A stretch of 51,142 nt of DNA from an uncultured Methanolinea sp. (GTDB lineage: Archaea; Halobacteriota; Methanomicrobia; Methanomicrobiales; Methanospirillaceae), in assembly GCA_964401215.1 (NCBI GenBank), contig CAYNXS010000002.1, forward strand, positions 1 to 51,142. Reading direction: 5' to 3'. Under the pieces are notes generated by a model. The model saw only the letters and a list, made by a program, of their open reading frames with translations. It had not been told where the DNA came from and made no database searches. Shown piece by piece: positions 29,015-39,036 of this stretch; position 1 is the stretch's first letter, and each line of letters begins with the position of its first letter. The position numbers and the translations under genes are program-made.

Positions 29015-30806
29015 AGATCTTGCACGGCATCAGAGGAGCATCAGCGTTGCAGAGTTCTTCGAGAAGAACAAGCACCTCCTGGGATTTGACTCCCCGACAC
29101 GGGGAATCATCACCACGATAAAAGAGGCAGTTGACAATGCACTCGACGCCTGCGAGGAGGCCACAGTCCTGCCGGACGTTTTTGTCCTGATAAAAAAAAT
29201 GGAAAGCGATGTCTTCCGCATCGTTGTCGAGGACAATGGCCCGGGGATCGTCCCCGAGCAGGTCCCGTTCGTCTTTGGAAAGCTCCTCTATGGATCGAGG
29301 TTCCACCAGATCCGGCAGAGCAGAGGGCAGCAGGGGATCGGTATCAGCGCGGCGGTGCTGTATGCCCAGCTGACGACAGGCATTCCCACGATTGTCATCT
29401 CGAGGACAGGGCCTGACCAGAAGGCCTACCGTGTCCTTCTCCAGATCAACATCAAGACCAACGAGCCGGAGGTGCTCGAGGAGGAGGAGGTAGCATGGGA
29501 CAGGACGCACGGGACAAGGGTACAGATCGAGTTCAAAAGTACTATGGCGGCCAAGAAGAGGCTGCTAGAATATCTCAAATACACCTCAGTGGTCAACCCC
29601 CACGCCAGGATACGGGTTGAACTCGATGACGAGACCTACCTTTTTGAACGGGTCAGTGACGAGGCGATCGCCTGCCCACAGGCCATCAAGCCCCATCCCC
29701 ATGGTATCGAGATAGGCCAGCTGATGCGGATGCTGGCTGCATCAGAAGAGACGTGCACCGAATTCCTCGTCGAAACTTTCACCAGAGTCGGAAAAAAGAC
29801 CGCGGATGAGATGTGCAGGAATGCCGGAATATCACCGGGATCACGGGCATCTTCACTCACCCCTGTCGAACAGAAGAGACTGTTGCAGGCGATGCAGGAA
29901 GTAAAGGTGCCTGCACCCCCGACTCAAGCATGCCTCTCACCCATTGGTGAGGATCTGATTGCAAAAGGTCTTGAAAAAGAGTTCCAGATGGATTTCGTCA
30001 AAGCAAGGACCCGGGCAAGTTCAGTCTATTCCGGCCACCCGTTCCTTGTCGAAGCTGCGATAGGGTATGGTGGAAAACTTCCTCCCGATGGAAATGCCCA
30101 GATCCTCAGGTTTGCCAACAGGGTCCCGCTTCTCTACCAGCAGGGTGCCTGTGCGATAACAGGATGTATTGCAGGAGTATCCTGGAAAGCCTACAATATC
30201 TCACAGTCCACTCTCCCGACCGGACCACTCCTCATCCTCATCCACGTAGCATCCACGCACGTCCCCTTCACGAGCGAGTCCAAGGACGCAATTGCTGCGA
30301 TACCCGAGATAGAGCGCGAGATAACCCTGGTGCTTCAGGAACTCGGGCGGGAACTCAAAACGTACCTTTCACGCCGCGACAAGAACCGGCTGCAGGAGGA
30401 CAGAGCAAGAGCGGTATGCGCGATCATCCCTGAGCTTGCTGCCAAGGTAGCCGAGATCGTGGACCTTCCTGTTCCCGATATTGCTCCTATCGAGGGGAAG
30501 ATCATGAAGAAGGTGGTGGTCAAACGGTATACCAGGGGAGGTAAAGTCATCCTTGAAGGAAGGAATTACACGTCTCATCCCGCAGAATTTACCGTCTATG
30601 ACATCTCTCCGGACAACGGGCAGGGGGCATCAACGGAGCCTGCGATCGTCACCGAGCTTGACGGGGAGTTCACGAAGATGTGGAAACTGACACTTCAGCC
30701 CGGAGATGGGTGGACCGCAGAATATAAAGGATCAGGTGGGGGCACCATTGAAGTCCGGGGATTAGCCCCAGAGCAGGTTGTGGTGGTGGACATTGACTCC
30801 CAGTGA
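29001..30806 (+). CDS. top6B: DNA topoisomerase VI subunit B
   Basis: [17 protein letters not shown]..., with Bergerat-fold boxes EAVDNALDA and DNGPGI. The listed 757-aa ORF starts inside hisS. I prefer the GTG at 29001, which has a GGAGGTG Shine-Dalgarno sequence 8 nt upstream. The ATG at 28977 is an alternative. Confidence 0.85.
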   Translation: MTLAEDLARHQRSISVAEFFEKNKHLLGFDSPTRGIITTIKEAVDNALDACEEATVLPDVFVLIKKMESDVFRIVVEDNGPGIVPEQVPFVFGKLLYGSRFHQIRQSRGQQGIGISAAVLYAQLTTGIPTIVISRTGPDQKAYRVLLQINIKTNEPEVLEEEEVAWDRTHGTRVQIEFKSTMAAKKRLLEYLKYTSVVNPHARIRVELDDETYLFERVSDEAIACPQAIKPHPHGIEIGQLMRMLAASEETCTEFLVETFTRVGKKTADEMCRNAGISPGSRASSLTPVEQKRLLQAMQEVKVPAPPTQACLSPIGEDLIAKGLEKEFQMDFVKARTRASSVYSGHPFLVEAAIGYGGKLPPDGNAQILRFANRVPLLYQQGACAITGCIAGVSWKAYNISQSTLPTGPLLILIHVASTHVPFTSESKDAIAAIPEIEREITLVLQELGRELKTYLSRRDKNRLQEDRARAVCAIIPELAAKVAEIVDLPVPDIAPIEGKIMKKVVVKRYTRGGKVILEGRNYTSHPAEFTVYDISPDNGQGASTEPAIVTELDGEFTKMWKLTLQPGDGWTAEYKGSGGGTIEVRGLAPEQVVVVDIDSQ

Positions 30807-30810
30807 CGAG

Positions 30811-31887
30811 ATGGATACAAAGACGAACGAGCGCCTCGTATCCATCGCAATGAGATGGTACGACCAGATAAAGGAGGGTGCAATCCCTTCTATCTCGATG
30901 CCAACAAGGACGAAGCAGAATATTGCATTCGATGATGAATCCGAGGTATGGAAATACGGAGATAAAGAGAGCGTGCGTTCGGCGAACACGGCCAAGAGTG
31001 CGTTACACCTGCTGAAGATGTCCTATGTCATCTGGTTCCTAAAGACCCAGCTCATCGAAAAACGCTCGTCTACGCTGAGAGAGCTGTATTACATCTCGGA
31101 GGGATGGAAAAGGGCCAAGTTCTCGGCACAGGACGAGAGTAACTTCCTGATTGAAGATCTGGAAATACTCACTGACCTGCAGCGGGAGGCATTCCACCTC
31201 CGTCCCGAGGAGGACGGGGCAACCATCTTTGGCCCTCTCCGCATCAAGGAGATGACAAGGAGAGGAGATCGGGCTATCCACTGCCAGGACGACGTTGGCG
31301 AGGCAGGGTACCAGATACCGAGCAATGTTGAGAATATCGAACTCCTGGAACATGATGCGAATTTCGTGATTGCCATAGAGACGGGAGGTATGTATGCGCG
31401 TCTGATCGAGAACGGGTTTGACCAGGATCACCGGGCAATTCTTGTACATCTGAAAGGACAACCTGCACGATCGACCCGCCGGATGCTGCACCGCATCAAT
31501 GAAGAGTTCGGGCTTCCCGTGCTTGTGTTCACCGATGGCGATCCATGGTCATACCGGATTTATGCAAGCGTGGCATACGGGGCAATCAAGAGTGCGCATA
31601 TGTCCGAACTCCTTGCAACACCCCGCGCCCAGTTCATTGGTGTCCAGCCGAGCGATATCCGGGATTACAACCTTCCGTCTGATATTCTCACCGACAAAGA
31701 TGTCGGTGCCCTCCAGAGTGAACTCTCCGACCCCAGGTTTGCTTCCGAATACTGGAAGTCCCAGATTGACCTTCAATTAAAACTCAACCTCAAATCGGAA
31801 CAGCAGGCTTTTGCCGCACGCGGCCTGGACTTCGTGACAAGGGAATACCTCCCCAGAAGACTCACCGAGATGGGCGTTCTGTCATGA
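30811..31887 (+). CDS. top6A: DNA topoisomerase VI subunit A (Spo11 homologue)
   Basis: I trimmed the start to the ATG at 30811, 4 nt after the top6B stop. The protein has [13 protein letters not shown] (catalytic Tyr region) and Toprim segments VIAIETGG and [13 protein letters not shown]. Confidence 0.9.
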   Translation: MDTKTNERLVSIAMRWYDQIKEGAIPSISMPTRTKQNIAFDDESEVWKYGDKESVRSANTAKSALHLLKMSYVIWFLKTQLIEKRSSTLRELYYISEGWKRAKFSAQDESNFLIEDLEILTDLQREAFHLRPEEDGATIFGPLRIKEMTRRGDRAIHCQDDVGEAGYQIPSNVENIELLEHDANFVIAIETGGMYARLIENGFDQDHRAILVHLKGQPARSTRRMLHRINEEFGLPVLVFTDGDPWSYRIYASVAYGAIKSAHMSELLATPRAQFIGVQPSDIRDYNLPSDILTDKDVGALQSELSDPRFASEYWKSQIDLQLKLNLKSEQQAFAARGLDFVTREYLPRRLTEMGVLS

Positions 31888-31955
31888 GATTATTCCATTC
31901 GCGACAAATATCCCTGAAAACTTCCTTTTAACCCAATTTTTCCCGGGCTCTCCCT

Positions 31956-33152
31956 TCAGATCATGAACCTGAATATCACCCAGGCGATGATGAGCATGAT
32001 GGCAGAGTATTTCAAGCCAGCAACCACCCTCCCTTCGCCCATCTGCCCGGCGACAAGGCCCGAACAGACACCCTGGATCATCGCGGCATGTGAGAAAAGC
32101 CGGGTATAGAAGAAGAGGTCAATATTCCCGATGAAGGACGCAGCACCAGCACCCGCTGCAGATGCTGCACTGCCTGCCGTGGCCATCGTGGTGAGGAACG
32201 TGCTGACCAGGATGAAAATCACGAATACGAACACGAGGAACGATATCAGGACTATGATCACATAGATCAGCATGTTATTCGATCGTTCCGCCCGAAGCGC
32301 CAGAACCTCGTACGTGTCACGGGCCGCTGCCCGCAGAACCTCACTCACGTCTCCGCCTGCCTTACTCGCTTTTGCAATAAGGTCGATGCTCCTGTCAGAA
32401 AGCGGGGTTCCAAGGCGGGTCCTGAACCGCTGGATGGCCTCGATAAACGTGGTGTTCCATGACATCTCGTTGTCAAGGCGCCGGATATACGGGGTGAGCG
32501 TGCTGTACTCCCCCTGGGCAACGAGATGAATGGCATTCGGGAGCGTCATCCCGCTGTCGTTCATGCCGGCCAGATCACGGAAGAAGTTCGGCAGCGCTTC
32601 CTCGAGGTTCTTCATGCGCCTGTTCTCACGAAAGTCCATGAATGCGACCGGAACGATTGCAATGAGGAGGGACAAGATCAAGATGTCATCAAGAAGGGTT
32701 GTCGTGAAAAACACGCTCATCCCGTAGTCCCTTACAATGAATGCTGTTCCCAGCAGGAACACGATGATCGCGAGGGGGAGTGTGACAATCAGGATGTTAA
32801 GTGGTTTTTCAAAGAGAACCTTGAGGGGGTGCTTAAGAATCCGCTTCAATCCCGAACGCTCGCTCTTGTGCTTCTCAAGCTTTTTGCTGATCTCTACCTG
32901 TTCCCTCGAGAATTTGCCTATCTCGCCGGGACTGAGATCGACTGAATAGGGTTTTTCTCCTTTCAATATACCCCAGAATCCCGGATCTCTCGCAGTAATT
33001 GTCGGACTCTGAACCGTCCCTGAAACTTTGGAGACGGTCTGTTTTGTCACCTGCGGGGGTGCAATTCCTGTCCCTTTCCTGCCAGCCGCTTCACTCAGGC
33101 TGCCTTTTTTCGGCACTATGTTCCTGAAGGAGTCCTTGAGTCCCATGTTCAC
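31956..33152 (-). CDS. Type IV filament platform protein, half-size T2SSF domain (EpdJ/K- or TadB/C-like), second copy
   Basis: 398 aa. It has an N-terminal soluble region of about 100 aa, transmembrane segments, a cytoplasmic helical block (LPNFFRDLAGMNDSGMTLPNAIHLV...IDLIAKASKAGGDVSEVL) and C-terminal transmembrane segments. Its start overlaps the upstream stop. Confidence 0.7.
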   Translation of the reverse strand: MNMGLKDSFRNIVPKKGSLSEAAGRKGTGIAPPQVTKQTVSKVSGTVQSPTITARDPGFWGILKGEKPYSVDLSPGEIGKFSREQVEISKKLEKHKSERSGLKRILKHPLKVLFEKPLNILIVTLPLAIIVFLLGTAFIVRDYGMSVFFTTTLLDDILILSLLIAIVPVAFMDFRENRRMKNLEEALPNFFRDLAGMNDSGMTLPNAIHLVAQGEYSTLTPYIRRLDNEMSWNTTFIEAIQRFRTRLGTPLSDRSIDLIAKASKAGGDVSEVLRAAARDTYEVLALRAERSNNMLIYVIIVLISFLVFVFVIFILVSTFLTTMATAGSAASAAGAGAASFIGNIDLFFYTRLFSHAAMIQGVCSGLVAGQMGEGRVVAGLKYSAIMLIIAWVIFRFMI

Positions 33153-34072
33153 GTCTCCGGAGTCATCGAGCTGATGAGAATCACGAACATGAGACTTCCA
33201 AAGGGAATGATCATGTAAATGATGACATACAGCATCATTGGCTGCGTTGACTGGCTCAGGATGGTCATGATAGATTGCAGGATGATCAGGAAGAGCGGCC
33301 CTGCAACCATTGCGGTTACATAGGATTCGGATATCAGGCCGAGAGTATCAAGGAATAGTTTCTGGCTCTGCCTGTTCTCGAGGGAATACTGTTCTGCTTT
33401 GGTTCTGAAATAATCCGTAAGGCTGCTTCCTGCTGATATACATCCCATTGCACCCTGCAGGAATTCCTTCATGCGAAGACTCGGGGTCGTTGCAGAGATC
33501 AGCCGGAGTGCGTCGATCAGGTCCCTTCCGAAGAGATCGATCTCCATGGAAACGAACCGCGCCTCGACAGCGCTCTCTCCATACATGGGACTGCTCCCGA
33601 GCTGCCTGAAGATCTCTGCAGGTGGGATTCCTGCAGTGGACATGGCGGTGATGTAGTTGATGGCGTAGGGCAGGGTTGCGTCGATATTCCTGCGCCGGTT
33701 CCCTGCAATCATACTGGGATAGATGAGAAATATCAGGAAGGTTATTCCTCCGACTACCGCAAGCGAGATAACCACCGCAAGGATTGTGCCGATTATCAGG
33801 CTGTATTGGGAGATGACCAGCATGAAATCGGGAACAGCTCCCTGGTACTTGATCATTGAGGGTATATTGAGAAGATACGTCACAATGCCGAGGAGGACTG
33901 CTGCCACAAGACCTGCGATGACCGATGAAAGATATGCGGTGGAGAGATATACCTCGAAGGGAACTTTCATCCGGGCAGTTACAAGATCATTGCGGAGTTG
34001 GGAGTAGGCATCCCTCTTCTTCTCTGCATACGACCCCAGTAACTTGAATGCAACCCGTTCGAACCCGTTCAT
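33149..34072 (-). CDS. Type IV filament platform protein, half-size T2SSF domain, first copy
   Basis: 307 aa. Transmembrane segments flank LPYAINYITAMSTAGIPPAEIFRQLG...LIDALRLISATTPSLRMKEFLQGAM, a T2SSF-type helical bundle. There is an ATGA overlap with the ATPase gene. Confidence 0.7.
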   Translation of the reverse strand: MNGFERVAFKLLGSYAEKKRDAYSQLRNDLVTARMKVPFEVYLSTAYLSSVIAGLVAAVLLGIVTYLLNIPSMIKYQGAVPDFMLVISQYSLIIGTILAVVISLAVVGGITFLIFLIYPSMIAGNRRRNIDATLPYAINYITAMSTAGIPPAEIFRQLGSSPMYGESAVEARFVSMEIDLFGRDLIDALRLISATTPSLRMKEFLQGAMGCISAGSSLTDYFRTKAEQYSLENRQSQKLFLDTLGLISESYVTAMVAGPLFLIILQSIMTILSQSTQPMMLYVIIYMIIPFGSLMFVILISSMTPET

Positions 34073-36345
34073 GATTCTCCGTACAGTTCAGCCCTGATCT
34101 TCTCCATGAGGTTTACAGGGTCACGATAGTACTGGACAAGGATATTACCGACGTCACGGAAATGCCGGACCTTCTTGATTCTCATCCATTCAAGCACTTC
34201 CTGGCGCCGTTTGAGTTCTTCTTTCATCCGTTCCTCGTCCCACCCTCTGGACTCCATGATCTCCTCAAGAACGTATGATTTCCCTGAATAGGTGATCTCA
34301 TCGGTTGCCGGGTGCCACCTGAAGACCTCGTTCGTGATCAGTTCGTTTGTTCGGGGATCTATATCGAGGATCTCGATGATCTGCTTGTTTCTCCTGATAC
34401 GCTGACCTCCGACACGGGCCTGAACCTGGACCGATACCAGGTCAAGCGCGGAGAGCATGTTTCTTGGCACATTCAACGGGGGATTCTCCAGGCGGTGAAC
34501 GATACTTGCCACCGAATCAGCGTGGATAGTGGAGTAGGTGACGTGGCCGGTACTCATAGCCTGGAACAGTGTGAGGGCTTCCTTGCCGCGGACTTCTCCT
34601 ACAAGGATATACTCCGGGCGCTGCCTCAATGCAGCCCTGAGAAGCTCGTACATATCGATCTCCCCTTTTCCATTGGTGTCAAAAGATGTCCTGGTGATGC
34701 TCGGGATCCAGTTAGGGTGAGGGAGCTTGAGTTCACGGGTATCTTCAAGGGTTACAATCTTCGCAAGGGGAGGCATAAAAAGCGAGATGGCATTGAGCGA
34801 AGTGGTCTTCCCGGATGCAGTTCCTCCTGCAAACAGGCATGATTTCCCGCTTTCCACCGCCATCCAGAAGAATGCGATTGAGAGGGGTGAGAAGGTATGC
34901 CATTCTATCAGGTCTGTCGGGGTAATTGGTTCATCCTTGAATTTCCTGATAGTATAGGTTGAACCATGTGCAGTCACTTCGGTCCCGAGGGTCATCTGGA
35001 TACGTGACCCATCGCTCATCGTGGCATCGAGCATGGGTTCGGCGATGGAGATGTACTTCCCGGCCCTCTGCGCAAGCTTGGTGACAAAGGAATCCAGTTC
35101 TTCTGAACTCCTGTACATCAGGTTCGTACGCATCGATTCGTAGCGGTTGTGGTAGACAAAGAGATTGGCATTGACCCCGTCGCACGAGATATCCTCGATA
35201 AACCGGTCATGCATGAGCGGGTCGATCATACCGTTTCCAAGGAACTCCTTGTACATGGCATAGAGGATCTTTTCCCTCTGGAGGGGGCTTAGGGAGAGGC
35301 CGTAATCGTCAATGATATCATCAGTTACATCGCGGAGGGTCTTTTTTGCAACTTCCTCGAGAACGTTCTGGGTATTGATATCAAGACGTTCGAAGATACG
35401 CTCCTTGATGTCCTTGAAGAGGTCGTTTTCTGCAGGGGTGAGCTTAGGTTCCAGAACTTCATACAGGTATTCATGCGTGGCATTGTCATAGGTGATCCGG
35501 ACATAGGCATACGGTTCGTTGACCGGGTAGATCTCGGTCTGCTCCACCCCTGGCCGTGGCCTGAAGGTTAGATCTACGAGAGCCCCATGCGTTCGTGAAT
35601 TGTATTCGATGGGTACTTTGCGGATTACATTGATAGGGTTGAGCTTTGCAAGGATTCCACCTTTCCCTGCCTCGGCATGGACCTCGGATGCTGCATCTGA
35701 GACCGTCTTGATTCCGGCATCTGAAATATCTGATTTAAAAAGGTCTTTTCCATCGATTGCATCATTTCCTCCCTTGATGGTGAAAATATTGCTCCGGTCC
35801 TGGATTTTGATCTCTTCAACCTGGAAGGTAGCGCCCTTGGGAAGGATGAGCCCGGAGAGATCGTTGATCTGGTCGACCGAGATGACCGTTTCTTCAAGGA
35901 CAGGTTTTTCTGCCGACCAGATGGTCTTTTTTGCAGGCTCGAATTTTGGAGGAGTATGGGCAGGGATTGGTGCTTTCTTTTCAGGGGGGGAATATTTTGA
36001 AGGCCGGGACGTGGGTGTTATCTCCTTCTCGCGCCCGCTCTCTCGTGCAGGTGTATCGGTATCGCTTCCTTGAGGGATGCTGCTCTTGCCCGGCTCCCTT
36101 GTCTGGGAACCGGGTGGAAACACAGGAAAAACATCCGGCTTCTCCTTCTCTTCTGGAGAGAGCCCAAGTCGTTTCATGAAGCCGTCAAGGTCGTCTTCTG
36201 CTACGGGGGGAACCGATACACCTTTCTTTTCCTCTCTTGTTGTCACACCAGGTGTTTCAGGAAGGCTTTTCGTCTTCCTCCTTGAGAACAGGTTCTTGAT
36301 TGAAATCCCTTGTTTATCATCTGCAGTCATGCCCGCACCCCACAT
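34069..36345 (-). CDS. Type II/IV secretion-family assembly ATPase (FlaI/PilB/TadA-like) with a long low-complexity N-terminal extension
   Basis: The C-terminal ~500 aa carry Walker A (FAGGTASGKTTSLNA), Walker B/Asp box (PEYILVGEVRG) and a His box (TYSTIHADS). The N-terminal ~240 aa are rich in Pro, Lys, Glu and Ser. The ATG at 36330 is an alternative start. Confidence 0.85.
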   Translation of the reverse strand: MWGAGMTADDKQGISIKNLFSRRKTKSLPETPGVTTREEKKGVSVPPVAEDDLDGFMKRLGLSPEEKEKPDVFPVFPPGSQTREPGKSSIPQGSDTDTPARESGREKEITPTSRPSKYSPPEKKAPIPAHTPPKFEPAKKTIWSAEKPVLEETVISVDQINDLSGLILPKGATFQVEEIKIQDRSNIFTIKGGNDAIDGKDLFKSDISDAGIKTVSDAASEVHAEAGKGGILAKLNPINVIRKVPIEYNSRTHGALVDLTFRPRPGVEQTEIYPVNEPYAYVRITYDNATHEYLYEVLEPKLTPAENDLFKDIKERIFERLDINTQNVLEEVAKKTLRDVTDDIIDDYGLSLSPLQREKILYAMYKEFLGNGMIDPLMHDRFIEDISCDGVNANLFVYHNRYESMRTNLMYRSSEELDSFVTKLAQRAGKYISIAEPMLDATMSDGSRIQMTLGTEVTAHGSTYTIRKFKDEPITPTDLIEWHTFSPLSIAFFWMAVESGKSCLFAGGTASGKTTSLNAISLFMPPLAKIVTLEDTRELKLPHPNWIPSITRTSFDTNGKGEIDMYELLRAALRQRPEYILVGEVRGKEALTLFQAMSTGHVTYSTIHADSVASIVHRLENPPLNVPRNMLSALDLVSVQVQARVGGQRIRRNKQIIEILDIDPRTNELITNEVFRWHPATDEITYSGKSYVLEEIMESRGWDEERMKEELKRRQEVLEWMRIKKVRHFRDVGNILVQYYRDPVNLMEKIRAELYGES

Positions 36346-36391
36346 CCTGCCGGGAAAGGCCTCATCCTCCGCCTTTCATGCCCGGCCTTAC

Positions 36392-37090
36392 CTAGCCCCT
36401 TCCTTCCAATTCAATCTGGATATTATGAATGGCCAGCCTTATAAGCCCAAGGTTTACGTCCCTGTTGGTGAGCAGGCAGAGGTAGAGGTCCCCATATGGT
36501 GCTATGATACACTTTCTCTCGTCACTCTCAAGAATAATCTGGTCGAGCACCCCCATTCGCAGATTCTCAGCCATCTTCTTACCCGCCCTGAGGAAATCCT
36601 CGGCCATGGCAGCAACCTGCTCGAAATCCCCCTCACCAATTGACTGTACCGGAAACCCTTCGAAGAAGACTGAAACCGCGATAACCCCCCGCTGGTTGAA
36701 AAGGCGATGTAACAGAGCATCATCAAGCCCGTTCTTCGTAGGGGGTTGGGAACCTACGTCCTTCTCCAGCATGCACAGCCCTTCCTTCCGGCATATCTTT
36801 TTTGCCTCTGCAATCTGCTCCGGGGTGTACTTGTACTGGACATACTGAAGATTGAGGTCTTTGTCCCCGGCACTGCGCATAAGGTGTGCGATTACTTCCT
36901 TCCCCTTGAAATCACTGGTCTGGTTCCTGAAATGTGCAGCAATAACCCGTCCTTTGTCAATAATCAGGATTCCAGAACCATTCCCCGTGAGCACCTCCAC
37001 TCTCCCGGAAAAAGGGTGGGTGCCATCGGGATGCTCCTCCTGCAGGGGTACCGCTGAGATCCCTGCGTATGTGCCTTCAGGAAGACTCAT
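36392..37090 (-). CDS. Two-domain protein: N-terminal small module (PATAN/DUF4388-like?) plus C-terminal Roadblock/LC7 domain
   Basis: 232 aa. The C-terminal half, GVIAVSVFFEGFPVQSIGEGDFEQVAAMAEDFLRAGKKMAENLRMGVLDQIILESDERKCIIAPYGDLYLCLLT, follows the Roadblock/LC7 pattern. The N-terminal half, FSGRVEVLTGNGSGILIIDKGRVIAAHF...GKEVIAHL, recurs in two neighbouring proteins. Confidence 0.6.
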   Translation of the reverse strand: MSLPEGTYAGISAVPLQEEHPDGTHPFSGRVEVLTGNGSGILIIDKGRVIAAHFRNQTSDFKGKEVIAHLMRSAGDKDLNLQYVQYKYTPEQIAEAKKICRKEGLCMLEKDVGSQPPTKNGLDDALLHRLFNQRGVIAVSVFFEGFPVQSIGEGDFEQVAAMAEDFLRAGKKMAENLRMGVLDQIILESDERKCIIAPYGDLYLCLLTNRDVNLGLIRLAIHNIQIELEGRG

Positions 37091-37093
37091 ACC

Positions 37094-37441
37094 TTATAAT
37101 GCTGCGATGAGGCGTTCTTTATTTTTCTTTAACTCGTAGCGGACACGTCCTACGTTCGCTTCGTTGCTTGCCACCACTGCAATCAGTTCATCCGCTGAAA
37201 GGGGGGACATGATAATCGGGCCGTGATCAAGCTCAACAAGCATCTGGTGGAGCTCCCCCTTGCCGAGTTCTTTCCCCATGGCTTCAGAAGTACCCATACC
37301 GGTTGATGCCATCGCACCAAGGGCATCGATATCCATTTTTCCTGACACTGCACTCTCGATCACAAATCCGTCGCGACCAACAACTACTGCAGCATTCACA
37401 CCATCAATCTTCAAGAATTCTCCTAAAATTTGTTTCAGCAT
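37094..37441 (-). CDS. Roadblock/LC7 (MglB-like) domain protein
   Basis: 115 aa: FLKIDGVNAAVVVGRDGFVIESA...DALGAMAS...LHQMLVELDHGPIIMSPLSADELIAVVASNEANVGRV is a textbook Roadblock/LC7 pattern. An AGGTGG Shine-Dalgarno sequence lies 5 nt upstream of the ATG at 37441. Confidence 0.8.
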   Translation of the reverse strand: MLKQILGEFLKIDGVNAAVVVGRDGFVIESAVSGKMDIDALGAMASTGMGTSEAMGKELGKGELHQMLVELDHGPIIMSPLSADELIAVVASNEANVGRVRYELKKNKERLIAAL

Positions 37442-37456
37442 TCATGCCACCTACAC

Positions 37457-37494
37457 TTATAAAGCATCTTTCTTGATATATAAAAATAAAAATG
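37457..37494. promoter_or_regulatory. AT-rich divergent promoter region with TATA-like elements
   Basis: TTATAAA (37457-37463) and GATATATAAAAATAAAAATG (37475-37494) lie in the 164-nt gap between the divergent operons that start at 37441 (minus) and 37606 (plus). Confidence 0.4.
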
Positions 37495-37605
37495 TTTGCT
37501 CTATCGATACGCAGGATCCTTGGGATTATTCGCTGCCCAATGGAATGAAATTATGGCTCAACGTTACCAATACAATTATGAATAGAGGAGTAGTGATCTT
37601 TAATA

Positions 37606-38346
37606 ATGCAACTTCCCCGTGGCACGTTTCATTCCATGAAAAAAGGCATGAAAATTGCTCTCATCGTAAATAGCCTCAAGGAAGAAGGTTTTACCGGCTC
37701 CTGTTCGATTGCCTGCGGGGACCATGCAATCGATCTTGTTGTGAAAGAGGGAAATATTCTGCTCGCCAGTTGTGACGCTTCCTGTGGAAATAATGCCATG
37801 GAAATAATAGGAACACTGTATGAGCAGGCTGCGGACGCATCCCTGGCTGACCTGACGCAGGCACAGATGAAACTCACCCTTGAATTCAATGAACAATGCA
37901 GGGTCAGCCAGAGACGGGAGACTCCTCCAAAGGCCAAGATCCCTTCTGGTGAAGAGATGAAAAGCGTCCTGATCGATAATTCTCAGAATGCCACACCAGC
38001 GAATCGCGAAAGAGAGAGAGAAAAGATCATAAAACCCGTATCCCGACCCATTGAGCAGAGACCACTGATACAGAAAATTCCACCTGCTCCACTTCAACAT
38101 ACTCCCCCTCAACCTGAACCTTCCCGACAATCCCTAACAACTCCATCCCCAACTCCATTCACCACGAAGAACAGCCCAGTTGACATATTCGCCCGTGAAG
38201 GAGAAGATGTGACCATGGTGGACAGGGATCTCAATGCCCTTGATTCGATGGACCTCAATACCATGAGCAATAAGATCCGTGAAAACTGTAAGATCATGGT
38301 TGAAAAATTGCACCTGGAACATCTTATGGAACAACAGAAGGATTGA
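37606..38346 (+). CDS. Hypothetical protein: N-terminal small module (PATAN/DUF4388-like?) plus a Pro-rich linker and a short C-terminal helix
   Basis: 246 aa. FTGSCSIACGDHAIDLVVKEGNILLASCDASCGNNAMEIIGTL aligns by eye with the N-terminal half of the 36392..37090 protein. The middle region is low-complexity (PPAPLQHTPPQPEPSRQSLTTPSPTPF). The start is uncertain (37606, 37636 or 37648). Confidence 0.5.
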   Translation: MQLPRGTFHSMKKGMKIALIVNSLKEEGFTGSCSIACGDHAIDLVVKEGNILLASCDASCGNNAMEIIGTLYEQAADASLADLTQAQMKLTLEFNEQCRVSQRRETPPKAKIPSGEEMKSVLIDNSQNATPANREREREKIIKPVSRPIEQRPLIQKIPPAPLQHTPPQPEPSRQSLTTPSPTPFTTKNSPVDIFAREGEDVTMVDRDLNALDSMDLNTMSNKIRENCKIMVEKLHLEHLMEQQKD

Positions 38347-38358
38347 AGGGATTTTATC

Positions 38359-38967
38359 ATGGAAATCATAAGCTACGACACTTTCCTGCTGCTGGTACTG
38401 CTCATCCTTGTCGGGATTGTTTTGTTCCTCTCGCTTGTGATTGCGATATACGTAATCCGGCTCTCACGGAGGATAACAGACCTGGAGAAGAAGGATGCCC
38501 GGGCTGTTAAACCGGCCGTACCCCGGTCGGTTGCGAAGAGCAAGGCAGATGTCGCAGTACCACGCCCGGAAACAACCGCATTTACACAGGAAGTCACTCA
38601 GAAAGTCCAGACTCCTCCAAAGACTGAAGTAAAGAAAAAATTCGATGTGAACACCGACGCGCCTGATATCCCCACAGGAATAAAAAACCTGTGTACCCTG
38701 TACGGCCTCGATTCTCTCACCGTCTCGTCACCCGATGGACTTGTCATAGCATCATCGGGACATCCCTCAGCAGTCACGGAGGCGGCCCAATTCAGTTATG
38801 CCTTCCAGACGGGAGCACCAATTACTGATGAAGGCGTTTTTGTATTCCCTGTCGATTATCATGCGAGTCCACTTGTGGGCATCCTTCGCAGTCAGGGGAC
38901 AATACAGGATTCCTTGCTTGAAGCAATGAAAAAAGATCTCGAATTAATTCTTGAAAAATGGATTTGA
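38359..38967 (+). CDS. Membrane-anchored protein with a C-terminal Roadblock/LC7-like domain
   Basis: 202 aa. It has an N-terminal transmembrane segment (FLLLVLLILVGIVLFLSLVIAIYVI), a charged linker, then LYGLDSLTVSSPDGLVIASSGHPSAVTEAAQFSYAF...FVFPVDYHASPLVGILRS, which resembles the Roadblock pattern. Confidence 0.5.
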   Translation: MEIISYDTFLLLVLLILVGIVLFLSLVIAIYVIRLSRRITDLEKKDARAVKPAVPRSVAKSKADVAVPRPETTAFTQEVTQKVQTPPKTEVKKKFDVNTDAPDIPTGIKNLCTLYGLDSLTVSSPDGLVIASSGHPSAVTEAAQFSYAFQTGAPITDEGVFVFPVDYHASPLVGILRSQGTIQDSLLEAMKKDLELILEKWI

Positions 38968-39036
38968 TGATGTGCCATGTATTGTTCATTAACCTTAAAT
39001 AAGCACGCAGTCAAACAAAACTCAATGGAGGGTTGA

